Assembly: GCA_028534125.1 (NCBI GenBank)
Contig: CM052817.1
Coordinates: forward strand, 5,582,001 to 5,646,000
Direction: 5' to 3'
DNA: 64,000 nt
DNA from: Lama glama
Lineage: Eukaryota
The notes under the pieces are model-generated. The model worked only from the letters and a program-made list of their open reading frames with translations, did not search any database and had not been told where the DNA came from. The position numbers were made by a program, and so were the translations under genes. The number at the start of each line of letters is the position of its first letter. Position 1 is the first letter of the stretch. This document shows, one piece after another, positions 12,066-22,980 of the stretch.

Positions 12066-12750
12066 GTTTAAAAGCAATGTCAGTTTAAGGTGAATGGTTA
12101 GCATCCTGCTAGCTGGGAGCATCACAGACAGAATGGAAAGCTACACTGATTTTGCATCTACAAGGTGAATGGTTTCCTTGGAAAAATTGTAACTTTATAG
12201 CTCTGGGGTTGAAATCAGAGTAAGTTATATTTCTTTTGCATATTCTTAAACTCAGGTGATCACTGAGTTTTTCAGATTCAAAGTAGAGATACTCTGTTCA
12301 AAACAGAAATAGCTTATTTGCAGTGTCAATCCTTTTGGCTCATTGGAGAAAGTTTGTTGTAAAAATTTAAAGTTTCATTATAGGCGGATAAGTTACTGCC
12401 AGTGTTGTTGAGAAATTGTTCACTCTTTCCATGTGAGGGATAGCAGTTTATTGTATAAGACAGGTTATTGTATGCTTATATGTGTAACTAGATAGCTGTG
12501 TATATAAGGGAATGACCATGTCATGTGCCTTTAACCCAACCTCAACAATTACGATATAATTTCATTTGTATAATAGTTCCGTTAAGTGAGAGGACCAATT
12601 GAAAGAATTTTATGTTTTCCCATCACTCAAGATTTTATCACTATGTAAATTACTGAGTTTTTAACACTTGTTTAACTTATGAACTTTTAATCATTCTAAG
12701 TATGTATAATTTTTTTCTTTACATTTAAATAAACTATTTTTATAACTTTC
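12066..12750 (+). other. TMEM128: Probable non-coding terminal (3' UTR) exon of TMEM128
   Basis: Acceptor ttttttttcag|G ending at 12065; AT-rich repeat-free sequence; AATAAA at 12728-12733 followed by a GT-rich downstream element (~12750-12765). Confidence 0.65.
12728..12733 (+). terminator. Polyadenylation signal (TMEM128)
   Basis: AATAAA with T-rich upstream sequence and ttgtgggttttgg downstream. Confidence 0.65.
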
Positions 12751-13374
12751 TTGTGGGTTTTGGAGTAGTTTCTGTTTTCAGCTACTAGCACTTGGGGTTA
12801 ACTACAGAAATAAGGCTTCTTTTTAGAGAAGGCTACTCTGCTTTTCAGAGACCTCTGGAAGACTGTATTCGAACTTTCAGATACAAATATGTTTACATTA
12901 AACCTCAACATCGTAAGCATCGTGACACATGAAGTACCTTACTTCGTTTCCACCCCCCACCCCAGGGGGCTTCAGGCCGCGATCTGTTTCCGTCACCACT
13001 TGTGGTCTGGCTCAGGTCACACCTGCACGCGCGCTGCAGTGGTAGCTAATCTCTCTCCAGCTGTGAGGCAGGAGCAGTATCTGGGCTGTAGGGTCGTGGG
13101 TGACAGGCATAACATCTATGAAACACCTATTTCGGTGCCTGGCACACAGTAGGTGCTCACTCAGTCAGTGGTAATGGGGAGGGAATGAAAGACAAAGAAG
13201 ATCCAAGAACCAGAAAGGGAAGAGGCAGGTGTGATCAGTGAGCAGAATTGAGCCCGGTTCGTGTACACACAAGTGAGGGTGTGGAGAGAGAGTCGTAAAG
13301 TAAGGAGCAAAGTTGGGCTAAGGTCAGAATCAGGTGGCCGAGTCAGTCAGTGATGAAAGGGTCCAGTGCAAGGT

Positions 13375-13660
13375 CAAGGTTGCAAACCCCCGAGTAGGAT
13401 TAGAGAGGGCATTGGTTCAGACCCTCGGAAGGGAACTCGAGGAAGAACCAGGACCCTGCTTTATGGCTGTGCTATTGTTTCTTGATTGTTCCTCCCAGTT
13501 TCTGTCTTCCCTCCCTTCCCTGATTAGCAACTGCTTGAATCTGCTCTTTGGAACACAGGGAGAGTCAGGGAGGCTGAATGAAGTCTATTTCCTACAAACA
13601 AGAAACGGAGAACACAGATCTGTATCGGGGGACCCCCACAGGGTCCTGCTCAGTATCAGT
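13375..13660 (-). mobile_element. ERV1-type LTR fragment
   Basis: Ends in ...cccccacagggtcctgctcagtatca, which reads tgatactgagcaggaccctgtgggg on the minus strand. This terminus resembles the plus-strand copy starting at ~19896. Confidence 0.55.
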
Positions 13661-15499
13661 CCCAAGTGTCAAGACCAAGCCTTCAACCTGGGTTGCACGC
13701 TGGGTGCCCAGGCTCCAACGCAGCTGGTGACAAGGCTTTTTTGTGAAGAATTTTAATGTGCACCCTGGGTCCAGAACTGTCCTGTTACATTCACTTTGGG
13801 CAGAGATGTCTTTGCAGAAGCTAGAATGTTTGAATTTTGGGGGAGCACAGAGATAGAAGAATCTAACGTAGCTCAGGGTAAAAGCCAGATTGAGTCTCCC
13901 TGCAACCTGTGTCTGGGACCTAGCTTAGGGGCAGTGGTCTTTCTAGGAGACTAACAGGATTTAGGATCCTGGCTGTTTCAGGGTTCTTCGGTTTTATGCA
14001 ACAACAACAAAAGTCTCTGGCTACTTAAGCAAGAGAGAAATGCATTTGAAAGGAGTCAAGGGAAAGGCTAAGAGCCACATCCTTGTAAGAGGGATACTTT
14101 GAGGGGGAAGGGGGTCGAGGTCTTAGGAGCTGTTATTAGATGCCCCCTTCTGTGGCCACAGTTAGGATAACTACTGGCCTTCCATTTAAAAATATTTTAA
14201 GATTTTGATTCAGCTCAGTATTTCTTGAAATGGTAAAGAGTTTTGGTGGAATTTAGGAATTGTTTCCATGGAATTCATAAAAATAGTTAAATAAAATAGC
14301 AATCAGGAATATTTTGTACACACCAAGGGCTCATTTTAAAGAAGCAGAATTGTGGGCTCTGGTGGAGGGGAGACTGGGGGCTGGACAGAAAGAAGAGTAA
14401 GTTATGCCACAAAGATCTCGTCTAAGTCTCACAGATTCAGCGCTGAAGGTGAGAATGAGGATTTTCCCAGTTTGGCAGAAATTACTGTGTAGCTGCTTTA
14501 TTTCTCAAGCGATGTGAGCAGCTAGCTTTCAGTAGAGCTGCAGCTCTTACAGACTTTCATACCTCAATTCGAATGTTCTTCATGCCTTGAGCTGCATCAC
14601 TCCTATCAGCTTACAAACATGTCTACTATTTCCCGTCTTCAAATGAATACACCCAAAATAGGGTACTCTCATGCCCCCAGGCCTATTAACCACTTTATTT
14701 GGCCCCCTTTACAGCAAAACTCCACCAAAGAGTTCTCTATGCTTGTGATATCCAATTATGTTCTTCGTGTTAAAAAAATTGTATGGTGACAAAGCCCAGG
14801 AAATTGACATGTCTATTCCAATTTATCCTTCTTTTTAATCCCCTTTGTAGCATTTATCTGATCAGAAACTTGTCTTGATTTCCTTTCTAAGAAGACTACA
14901 TAGGGGATGGTTGATTAAAAAAATTTTTATTACCATGTTCTAAATAGATCATTTTAAATGAACTGATTGAATCCACATTACTTTTTTTTTTACTGAAGTA
15001 AAGTCGATTTACACATTAATTTCTGGTGTACAGCATAGTGTATGTGTGTTACTTTCAGCTTCAGAAGTCATCATTTTTAAGATTATATTTAAGAGGCAGT
15101 TAACTATTACAAATAAATCATTTTGATGAATTACAGTATTATCTACTTTTACAGTAAAGGATCCTTTTGATTGTTTAAAAAAATTGTATGAAGACATGGA
15201 TGCAAAAGGGTGTGTATAGTGCTCCCTTCTATATACAATAAAGAAGAGTCAAAAAGGACCTCAGGAGCTTGGTTCCTCCCAGCCCTCACCCCCAGGGGCA
15301 GGAGTAGGCCCCAGAGTTCAGGTCATTGCTTCCCTCACTCCCCTCTCCCCAACCCCCACACCTCAGCCTGATCACCACCCTCTCTCAGGCCCATCAGAAC
15401 TCCTTTCATAACCCCTCTACCCCTGTCATGGTGCTACCACAAAGCCTGGTTCTCCCGGGGCACCCCTCACCCCCTGGGCTCACTCCCACTTGCATCTAT

Positions 15500-16030
15500 C
15501 TGTACGTTCCTGTTTCATCTATTGCTACGTGACAAAGCACACCAAACATAAGTGGCTTAAAACCACTGTCCCCATTTATTTTGCTCACGAATCTGAAATT
15601 GGATCAGGAATTTGCAGGAACAACTTGTTTTCCCTCCATGTGGGGTGACTCAATGGGGCTGGATGGTCCACTTCCAAGGTTGTTCCTTTGTGGTTGGTGA
15701 GATGGCGCTGGCCGCCGATTTTGCTCCACACGGACCTCTCCGTGGGGCAGCTTGGGTTTCCTCACTGCGGAGGAGATGGGGTCCAAAGGTGAGCATTTAT
15801 ATTAGTTTTCTGTTGCTGCTGGAACAAATTGCCACAAACAGTGCTGGAAACGACAGAAATGGATGACCTCACAGTTCCGTGGTCAGAAGTCTGGTCTGGG
15901 TCTTGTCGGCCTAAAATCAAGGTCTCGGCAGGGCTACGTTCCTTTCTGGAGGCTCTTAGGGGAGAAGCCCTGTCCCTGTTCTTACAGGCTGTGGGCAGAA
16001 TTCAGTCCCTTGCGGCTGTAGGACTGAGGT
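15500..16030 (-). mobile_element. Two adjacent MaLR (MLT1-type) LTR fragments
   Basis: ctattgctacgtgacaaagcacaccaaacataagtggcttaaaacc... and attagttttctgttgctgctggaacaaattgccacaaac...aaaatcaaggtctcggcagggctacgttcctttctggaggctct are reverse MLT1 termini. Confidence 0.65.
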
Positions 16031-18160
16031 TAATATATCACCTCCAAGATGACAAGGGGGATGCTGTGCCTGGTACTGCACTTAAAAAGGAAGCAAATAC
16101 TTGACGGGGATTTCCAGATGTTGGAGACAACATCTCCACGTCTAAGTGTCTTACCTGGACCTCCTTCCCGAGGAACCCGCGAATCTGCCAGTTTGCGTGG
16201 GTATTGGAGCAGGGGAAGTCTCGGAGCCATTTCCAGGCTGTAGGACATGCTATTCCATCTCTTCAGTCTTATAACCTGACAAAGCCAATGGCACTTGAAG
16301 TGTCTGTGGCCAGTAGTGGTCTTGTCAGGAGACACTGGCACGAACGGTTTGGAGAGTCACGGTACGGACCACAAGGATTTAAAGCAAATCCATACCGTCT
16401 TCTGCAGATAATTATTTCCCTTTTGAAAAACAACTTCTCACTTGTTAGCAGGCCCTGGTGGAGACTGAACACCAGTCGATGGTGTGAACTCGTCACCTGA
16501 CGCACCGAACCACCCGGTTGGGCCCGTACAGCAGTAACATACTGTTGAGTAGAAATGGAATACAAGACTTGACCTTGAGCAGGCTGGAAACCTTGAGTAA
16601 GTTGCACGTGCAGGTGCCTCAGGTTCCTCTGGGACCAACTTCTACTGCATTGTCCCCTCTGATTCACACCCGGGGTCTCGTGGGGGAGTTTTTCATGACT
16701 GAGGAGAAAAAGCTGAGGCTTAGTGTACAGCTGGCTCTATGTGATATGGTAACCCCAGCCATCGTGATGTGATGATGTCCAACCACGTGGACAGCTGCAG
16801 CATTGCAGCCCCCCCCCAGGGATCCCCGAGGGGAGGTGGTGCAGGAAAATCTCCCCAGTGGGCAGAGTGCTGAGTGGGACATTTGTTTTGTCCACTTTGT
16901 CTGGACTGAGAGACATCCAGAGTAGAAATCTGTATGAACTCATGGGTGGTCACTAACCGGCTACCTATGTGGCTAGATGCTCAGTGACTTGGGAATAAAA
17001 GAACTCCATGACTGGGTACAAGGAGGCTGGAGGAAGAAGGATGTGGATGGATGTTTCAGGATGGATTCAGAGTATGAAGATTTGCATCTCAAGAGAATGC
17101 TCACCAGCAGCGACCCCGGGACTCTGGGGACGAAATAATGTGTTCTGTGGGTGTCTGTCAGCCCCATTGCCTGCCCACCCCGGTGCCTGCTCAGTGGGCC
17201 CACGTACGAGGTACATGATGGCAGGAACAGAGGCTGTGGATGCACTCGACAACACAGAAGTCCCCTCTCCAAGGCTGACCCGGTTAACACTAGTGCTGAG
17301 TGCAGAACCTGCTGTGACAATTTGAAAAAAGAAAATTTTTGGAAACGTTTTCCATTGAGGGGGGATCTTTATGCCCTTCCTTTGAATCCCGGTGGGCTTA
17401 TGACTGCTCTCACCAGTATGGGATGCTGTTAATGATGCTAGTGGCGTCTCAGGTGAAGTCAGAAAGACCATACAGCCCTGGTGAGTTCTCTTGGGATGCC
17501 TGCTCTCCAGAGGCTCTCCCCTGACATGCTCCCTCTCAAAGCCCAGGGGCAAGGCTGTGAGAGGTTCAAGCCACTTCAAGAGGCCACGTGGAGGTGCTCT
17601 GGTTGGCAGTCCCAGTGGAGCACAGCCTTCAGACTATCCGATTCCAGGCACCAGAACGTGAGTGGAAAAACCTTCAGATGGTCCCAGCCCTGACTGTTGA
17701 GTTGCCCCTGGCTGCTCGTCTTCCTAGCCAGGGCCCTAGACATTGTAGACCAGAGGGAAAATGATCCCCGCTGTGTCCTCTGCAAATCCTGACCCACGAG
17801 ATCCTTGAGCACAACAAGATGGTGGTGGTTATGTACCACTCAGTTGGGTCGTTTCTATGCTGCAATTGAACCGCTGCCAATAGCAGAGACGCTCAGCTGC
17901 TGATGCAAAACTTCCCCTGGGGAGACCTGCCTGCTGGGCGATTGATTGTATGGGACTCCTTCCAGCATGGAGGGAGGGGAGGCTCGTCCTCCCTGGATAA
18001 GACACACCTTCTGAAGATGTATTTGTCTTTCCCTCCCATAATGCTCCTCCTGGCGTTCCCATCTGCACACACAGAGAGAGTCTTAGCATTGTCAGGTTAT
18101 TCCACACAACATAGCTTCCGATCTAGCAATTTATTTCCCAGCAAAAGAAGTGAACAGAGA
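16030..18160 (+). mobile_element. Decayed ERV-L internal pol fragment (RT connection, RNase H, integrase), split by a MaLR LTR
   Basis: Frameshifted translations give ERV-L pol motifs in order: KKEA, PMALEVSVA...FGESR, ADNYFPFEKQLL, ALVETEH, SKLHVQV, WTAAALQP, GKSPQWAE, RMWMDVSGW, AQWAH..HDGRNRG..QHRSPLSKADPVNTSAECRTC (HHCC zinc finger). After the insertion: PWGDLP..DCMGLLPAW and VIPHNIASDLAIYFPAKEV. Many stops and frameshifts. Confidence 0.85.
17313..17872 (+). mobile_element. MaLR solo LTR (MLT1G/H-like) nested in the ERV-L integrase
   Basis: Starts with TGTG; contains gaggccacgtggagg...aaatcctgacccacgaga...gagcacaacaagatggtggtggtt, typical of MLT1 3' ends; flanked by CCTGC / GCTGC. Confidence 0.7.
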
Positions 18161-18743
18161 CTCCACCAATGACCAGGACTTAGCATCTGCTCAGAGCCCA
18201 CATCTAGTGTTTCCCAAAAAATCTGTGTATAAAAAAAATGACATTAGTGGGAAAAGTAGCTGAGTTCGAATCAAATCTGTACTTTAGCTGACAGATTTAC
18301 ATCAACATTAATTTCTTCATTTTGACAAAGGTACCAAGATGTAGAAAGTATCAGGGGAAGCTGGGGAAGGGGAGACAGGTAGGAATGTTTATGCTATCTT
18401 TGCAACACTTCTGTAGATTTAGTATTATTTGAAGAGAAAAGATTAAGAAAAATCTTTGGTTTGGACCTCTCCCAAGAGAACAGTCACCATGCTGTAATGC
18501 AGTATGTCCTTTGGGGCAGCCTTGGAGGAAGGTCCACAGTATATTTGTAGCAGGTTGACAAGGCTCTTCTCAAGCAGACCCAGCCCCTTCTTCATTCAAG
18601 AGCTCTGGGTCTGCAAACTGGCTCATGAGTGGGAATTGAGAGAGTGTTTGGACTATCTCTTATGATTCAAGATAGGTCTATCTTTACTTTCGCTAGAGAT
18701 TTTCCAGCTCTATGGATCCAAAACACTTAAATTGGCTGCCTGA

Positions 18744-19667
18744 TGTGAATTAAATTGTGCCGCCCAAAAGATATGTTGAAGTCCTAACCCCAGTAGTTGT
18801 GAATGTGACCTTATTTGGAAAGTTCTTTGCAGATGTAATTATAATGTAAGTTGAGATGAGGTCATAGTGAAGGAGGGTTGGCCCTTAATCCAACATGATT
18901 GGTGTCCTTGTAAGAAAAAACATCCATTGACAGATGACTGGATGAAGAAGATGTGGTACATATATACAATGGAATACTACTCAGTCATAAAAAAGAATAA
19001 AATAATGCCATTTGCAGCAACATGGGTGGACCTGGAAATCATCATTCTAAATAAAGTAAGCCAGAAAGAGAAAGAAAAATACCGTGATATCACTCAGTGG
19101 AATATAAAAAAAAGAGACATATGTGAACTTATTCATAAAACAGAAGCAGACTCATAGACATAGAGAACAGACTTACGGTTTACCAGTGGGTAAAGGTGGG
19201 TAGGCAGGGATAAATTGGGAGTTCGAAATTTGTACCTCTTGGGAAGTGATGGAAATGTTAGCTATCTTGATTGTGGCCATGGTTTCATAGCTGTATACAT
19301 CTATCAGAATTCATCAAATTGTACATCTGAAATATGTGTAATTTACTGTACAGAAATTGTACCACAAAAAAGTTTTTTTTTAAAAAAGGGACAGAGAGAT
19401 GCAGACAGAGGGAAGATGGCCATGTGACAAAGAGGGCAGAGATTGGAGCTGTGCAGCTGTAAGCTAAGGAAGGCCAGGATGGCCAGCAACACTGGAAGCT
19501 GGAAGAGGCCAGGAAGGATCCTCCTGAGATCCCTCAGAGGGAGCAGGTCCCTGCGGACACCTTGATTTCCAGTTTCCAGGCTCCAGAACTGTGAGCCAAT
19601 ACATTTCTGTTGTTTTAAGCCGCCCGGTTGGTGGCACAAGGTTCCAGCACTCTGGGAAGCTGCTACA
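18744..19667 (+). mobile_element. MaLR LTR (MLT1C/D-like) with an L1 insertion at ~18915-19388
   Basis: cccaaaagatatgttgaagtcctaacccc...gtgaccttatttggaaa...; resumes after the insertion and ends gaactgtgagccaatacatttctgttgttttaagcc...taca. Confidence 0.8.
18915..19388 (+). mobile_element. Composite L1 3' fragment
   Basis: Translates to the L1 ORF2 C-terminus DDWMKKMWYIYTMEYYSVIKKNKIMPFAATWVDLEIIIL, then switches to an older L1M-type 3' end. Confidence 0.8.
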
Positions 19668-19895
19668 CTGCTCCCCTCTTATTCTTAGAAACTCTGGGAT
19701 TATACAGCCACTGGCAAAGATAACTGGGGGCAAAATCTAACTGGCACTCGGGTCCTGTTGCCCATCGAGGTGATGGTGCTCGTGTTATCTGAGGGAGTGA
19801 AGCACTGCCAGTTGGCCTTTGCCTTTCTGGAACCCTGTCATCCTCACTGAAACTGTGGAGCCCATGTTTCGGGGCGGCAGGTCTCACCATCGTTC

Positions 19896-20045
19896 TGTAA
19901 CCAAGCAGGATCCTATAGGGCCTTCCTGGTACAGACCGCCAACAATGTCCTCTGCCTGCCTCTTGTCTGTAGAAAAACCTTAGTCTCCTAGGATTCCCCA
20001 AGTTCCAAAGAGTACATTTAATCAGAGAAGTGAGAAAGTGCTTCA
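19896..20045 (+). mobile_element. ERV1-type LTR 5' fragment
   Basis: tgtaaccaagcaggatcctatagggcc...; similar terminus to the LTR at 13375-13660. Confidence 0.5.
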
Positions 20046-20049
20046 TATA

Positions 20050-20235
20050 TCAACCCATTTTATCCTCATAGAAACTTCTAAGAATGATTACTCTTAAGAG
20101 CTCCATGTCACAGATGAGGAAATTGAGGCACAGTGAGGCTGAGTAACTTGTCCAGGGTCACACAGCATTAAGTGATGGAGCCAGGAATCAAACCTTGCAG
20201 CCTGGCTTTACAACTCACCCCCTCACCACCACTTG
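20050..20235. mobile_element. MIR SINE
   Basis: cagatgaggaaattgaggcacagtgaggctgagtaacttgtccagggtcacacagc is the MIR core. Confidence 0.75.
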
Positions 20236-21849
20236 ATGTTGCCTTTCTCTATAAATTCACGTTGACTTGAGCTGATGTCTGATCGAGCCACAAATATACA
20301 CACGTTCCATACACACACACGTTCCAGGCAGCGCTGTGCACTAAGAAGGAAAATGAAGCAAGGTCAGGGGCTAGAGCACAGTGGGGAAAACATATCCTGA
20401 GTCCCACACCTGAATGATCTGATGAGGAGATGGCACCTCACTTCCTCCTTCACACAGCCTTCATCTGCTTATGTGTTCATTAACTCCTTGGTTTATTTAC
20501 TGAGTGTCCACCAGGCTTGGCTCTGGGGACACCCCGCTGAAGGGCACTATCTAAGCTTTGTATTGATAGCCATGTTCCCTGGTCACCACCTGCCTTTCCA
20601 CACTCATTTCCGTGCACATGGTCCATCCTCCTCTAGAACACCCTCCCTACCCTGCCCCATGTCACTTGGCCGGCTCCTCCTATCAAGGCTGCGCAGGTGA
20701 TGCCTCCTCCCAGAACCTCTCAGCCTTTCTGGCAGACTCTAGGCTCACCCAGCTCTCCCATCCAGGCAGCCCTGCTGGCAAGACTGCTTGCTCAGTCTCC
20801 CCCACTGGGTCAGGAGCTCCTTGAAGGCAGGGTGGAGTCTCACATCTGATACCCTCCAGCTTCCCAGTGAGTTAAATACTTGTCCATCGAGTATATCTCC
20901 ATCAGAAGGTCGGCTCCATCAGGGCGGGCAGTCCTTTGTACCTGAATCTCCGGTGCCTAGAACAGAGCCTGGCAAATGATTCAGTGTAGGACGGATGAGA
21001 GTTGACCACATACATGAATGAACAAACTGAAAGCATGAATGATGGCCAGGCAAGGTCCTCAGGTTGACTCCCTCCCAGCCCAGGGCTCCCCCACAGCCAG
21101 GTGCCTCTGACAGTCAGAACCAGCTATGTAATTTGCCAAATCCACTGAAAAATAAAGATGTGAGTCCCCTTGTTCAAATATTAAGAATTTTGGAAGGGCA
21201 ACAGCAGGATGTTAAACCGAGGGGTAGAGGGAATCTCCTGGGCACCCAGCCCTACGTTACTGCACAGGTGGGTGGCTGTGAGGCCTGCCTGCCAGCCCCA
21301 GCTTCCTAGGCTGCATCCCCCAGCAGCTCCCTCCCAGCTCCCCCCTCCAGCCCTGATCTCAGCCACGCCCAACCTTGGGACCTCCTGAGATGGGCACCCT
21401 GGTGGCCAAGGTCAGCTTCAGGTGGGCTGGGGTAGCTGGGGGAGGCACTCAGGCCAGCACAGTTGCAGGGAGGAAGGACCTCAGGCAGCCCCCAGTGCCA
21501 GCTCCACTCAGTCCAGAAGCAGCTCTCCATTCCCCTGGAGGGGGAGAGAGGATATTTTTTCTTGGGAAGTGCCTCCTGCCTTTTCCACATCTGGGCACCC
21601 CCTGGCAGACACACAAGTGCACAGATGGAGAGACAAACACAGACACAAACAAAAAAGATACCCTGCCACCCTGTTCAAAAATCTAGGGACTGGCGCTGCC
21701 ACCCTCTGCTAACCTCCCGACTCCAAACAGACACACCTGAACCGATAGCCAGACACGGAGACCCGCCCGGAGAAAACATACTGCGGAAACACGCGGGGAC
21801 GAGGACAGACAGACAGACTCAGGCACACGGACACTTTCAGGCTCACCTA

Positions 21850-22980
21850 GGGCTCTTCGGTCCGCAACGCAGACGCTCAGGGACATCTGAGCAGAGCGCG
21901 CACCTTCAGAGACCCCAGCGCCCAGCTCTGTCGCAGCCACGCCTCCCGCGCCCACCCTCTCGGGCGGCTCAGGGCGAGCCCGCCGCCCCCCACCTCCACC
22001 CCAGGAGCCCGAGGGAGGCGCGCGGGCAGGGCTGGGTAAGCCGGCGTCGGTTCAGGAGACGGAGCTGCGGATAGCGGGCGGGGTCGGGACGCGCGGATAG
22101 GGGAGCGGGAGGACGTCGGGGCAGGGCTGGCCCGGGGCCGAGGCATCGGGGGCGGGGAGAGGCCCGCGTGGGTCTAGAGTGGGCGGGAGGGCTGTCCCGG
22201 ACTTTGCGGAGTGAGGGGAAGTGGGCAGTGCGCACTGGGGAGCGCGAAGAAGCCGAGGCCAGCCCGGGTTAGCCCAGGTCAGCGGGGTGGGGACGGTGGT
22301 AAGTGGGTCGGGCGGGTACCTTGACCAAGGGCAGAGGGGCAGAAGGCGGGAGATAAGGCGTCCGAGGGTGATCAGGACAAGGCAGAGGGCGTCGGGGCTC
22401 GGGCAGGGGACAGGGGCAGCAGGTGGGGCCCAGGTCGCAGCCACGCCGGGGACTAGACGCAGTGAGGGTCGCTCAAGGATGCGCCAGGGCCAGGGGCCGC
22501 CTGCGTCTCCCCAGGCCGCTCGGGGCGGCCCCGACAGAGTGACGTCGGGGCCCGCGGCCTGTCTGCCGCCCCAGCTCCCGGCCTCGGGGTCCCCGACGTC
22601 CCCGGCGTCCCCCGCCCCTCGGCGGGGCTCTGTCCGCGCCAGCTTCCCGCAGAAGCTGGCGGAGGCGCTGAGCAGCCAGTACGGGCTGAACGTGTTCGTG
22701 GCGGGGCTGCTGTTCCTGCTGGCCTGGGCCGTGCACGCCTCGGGCGTGGGCAAGAGCGACCTGCTGTGCTTCCTCAGCGCGCTCATGCTGCTGCAGCTGC
22801 TCTGGATGCTGTGGTACGTGGGCCGCAGCTCCGCGCACCGCCGCCTCATCCGCCCCAAGGACACGCACGCCGGCGCGCGCTGGCTCCGCGGTGAGTCTCC
22901 CGTCCGCGAACCGGCGAGCGGGCGAGCGCGCCGCGCACCCTGCCTGCTCGCCCGCTCCCTGCAGCCCGGCAGCGCCTCTG
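21850..22980. promoter_or_regulatory. CpG island / OTOP1 promoter and exon 1
   Basis: Very high GC and CpG content, several GC boxes (e.g. GGGCGGGG at ~22076 and ~22149), G-run clusters. Confidence 0.85.
22479..22890 (+). CDS. OTOP1: OTOP1 coding exon 1
   Basis: ATG (AGGATGC); MRQGQGPPASP...PQKLAEALSSQYGLNVFVAGLLFLLAWAVH...KDTHAGARWLR; donor GCG|GTGAGT; phase 1. Confidence 0.93.

Larger units (their letters stand above)
1899..12750 (+). other. TMEM128: TMEM128 gene span (start codon to probable poly(A) site); 165-aa small multi-pass membrane protein
   Basis: Four coding exons splice to 498 nt (165 aa + stop): MDALRAREQLRRRYLFLPDAE...[18 protein letters not shown]...[23 protein letters not shown]...[27 protein letters not shown]. 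Recognised as TMEM128; its position directly upstream of OTOP1 matches known synteny. Confidence 0.95.

Noticed and set aside
22221..22478. 86-codon in-frame extension upstream of the OTOP1 ATG
   Set aside because: Starts at GTG, is low complexity and is plausible by chance in a CpG island; the ATG at 22479 already gives the expected ~612-aa protein.
22052..22864. 270-aa minus-strand ORF and other long ORFs in the OTOP1 CpG island
   Set aside because: Expected from stop-poor GC-rich sequence opposite a real exon; low-complexity Pro/Arg/Gly content.
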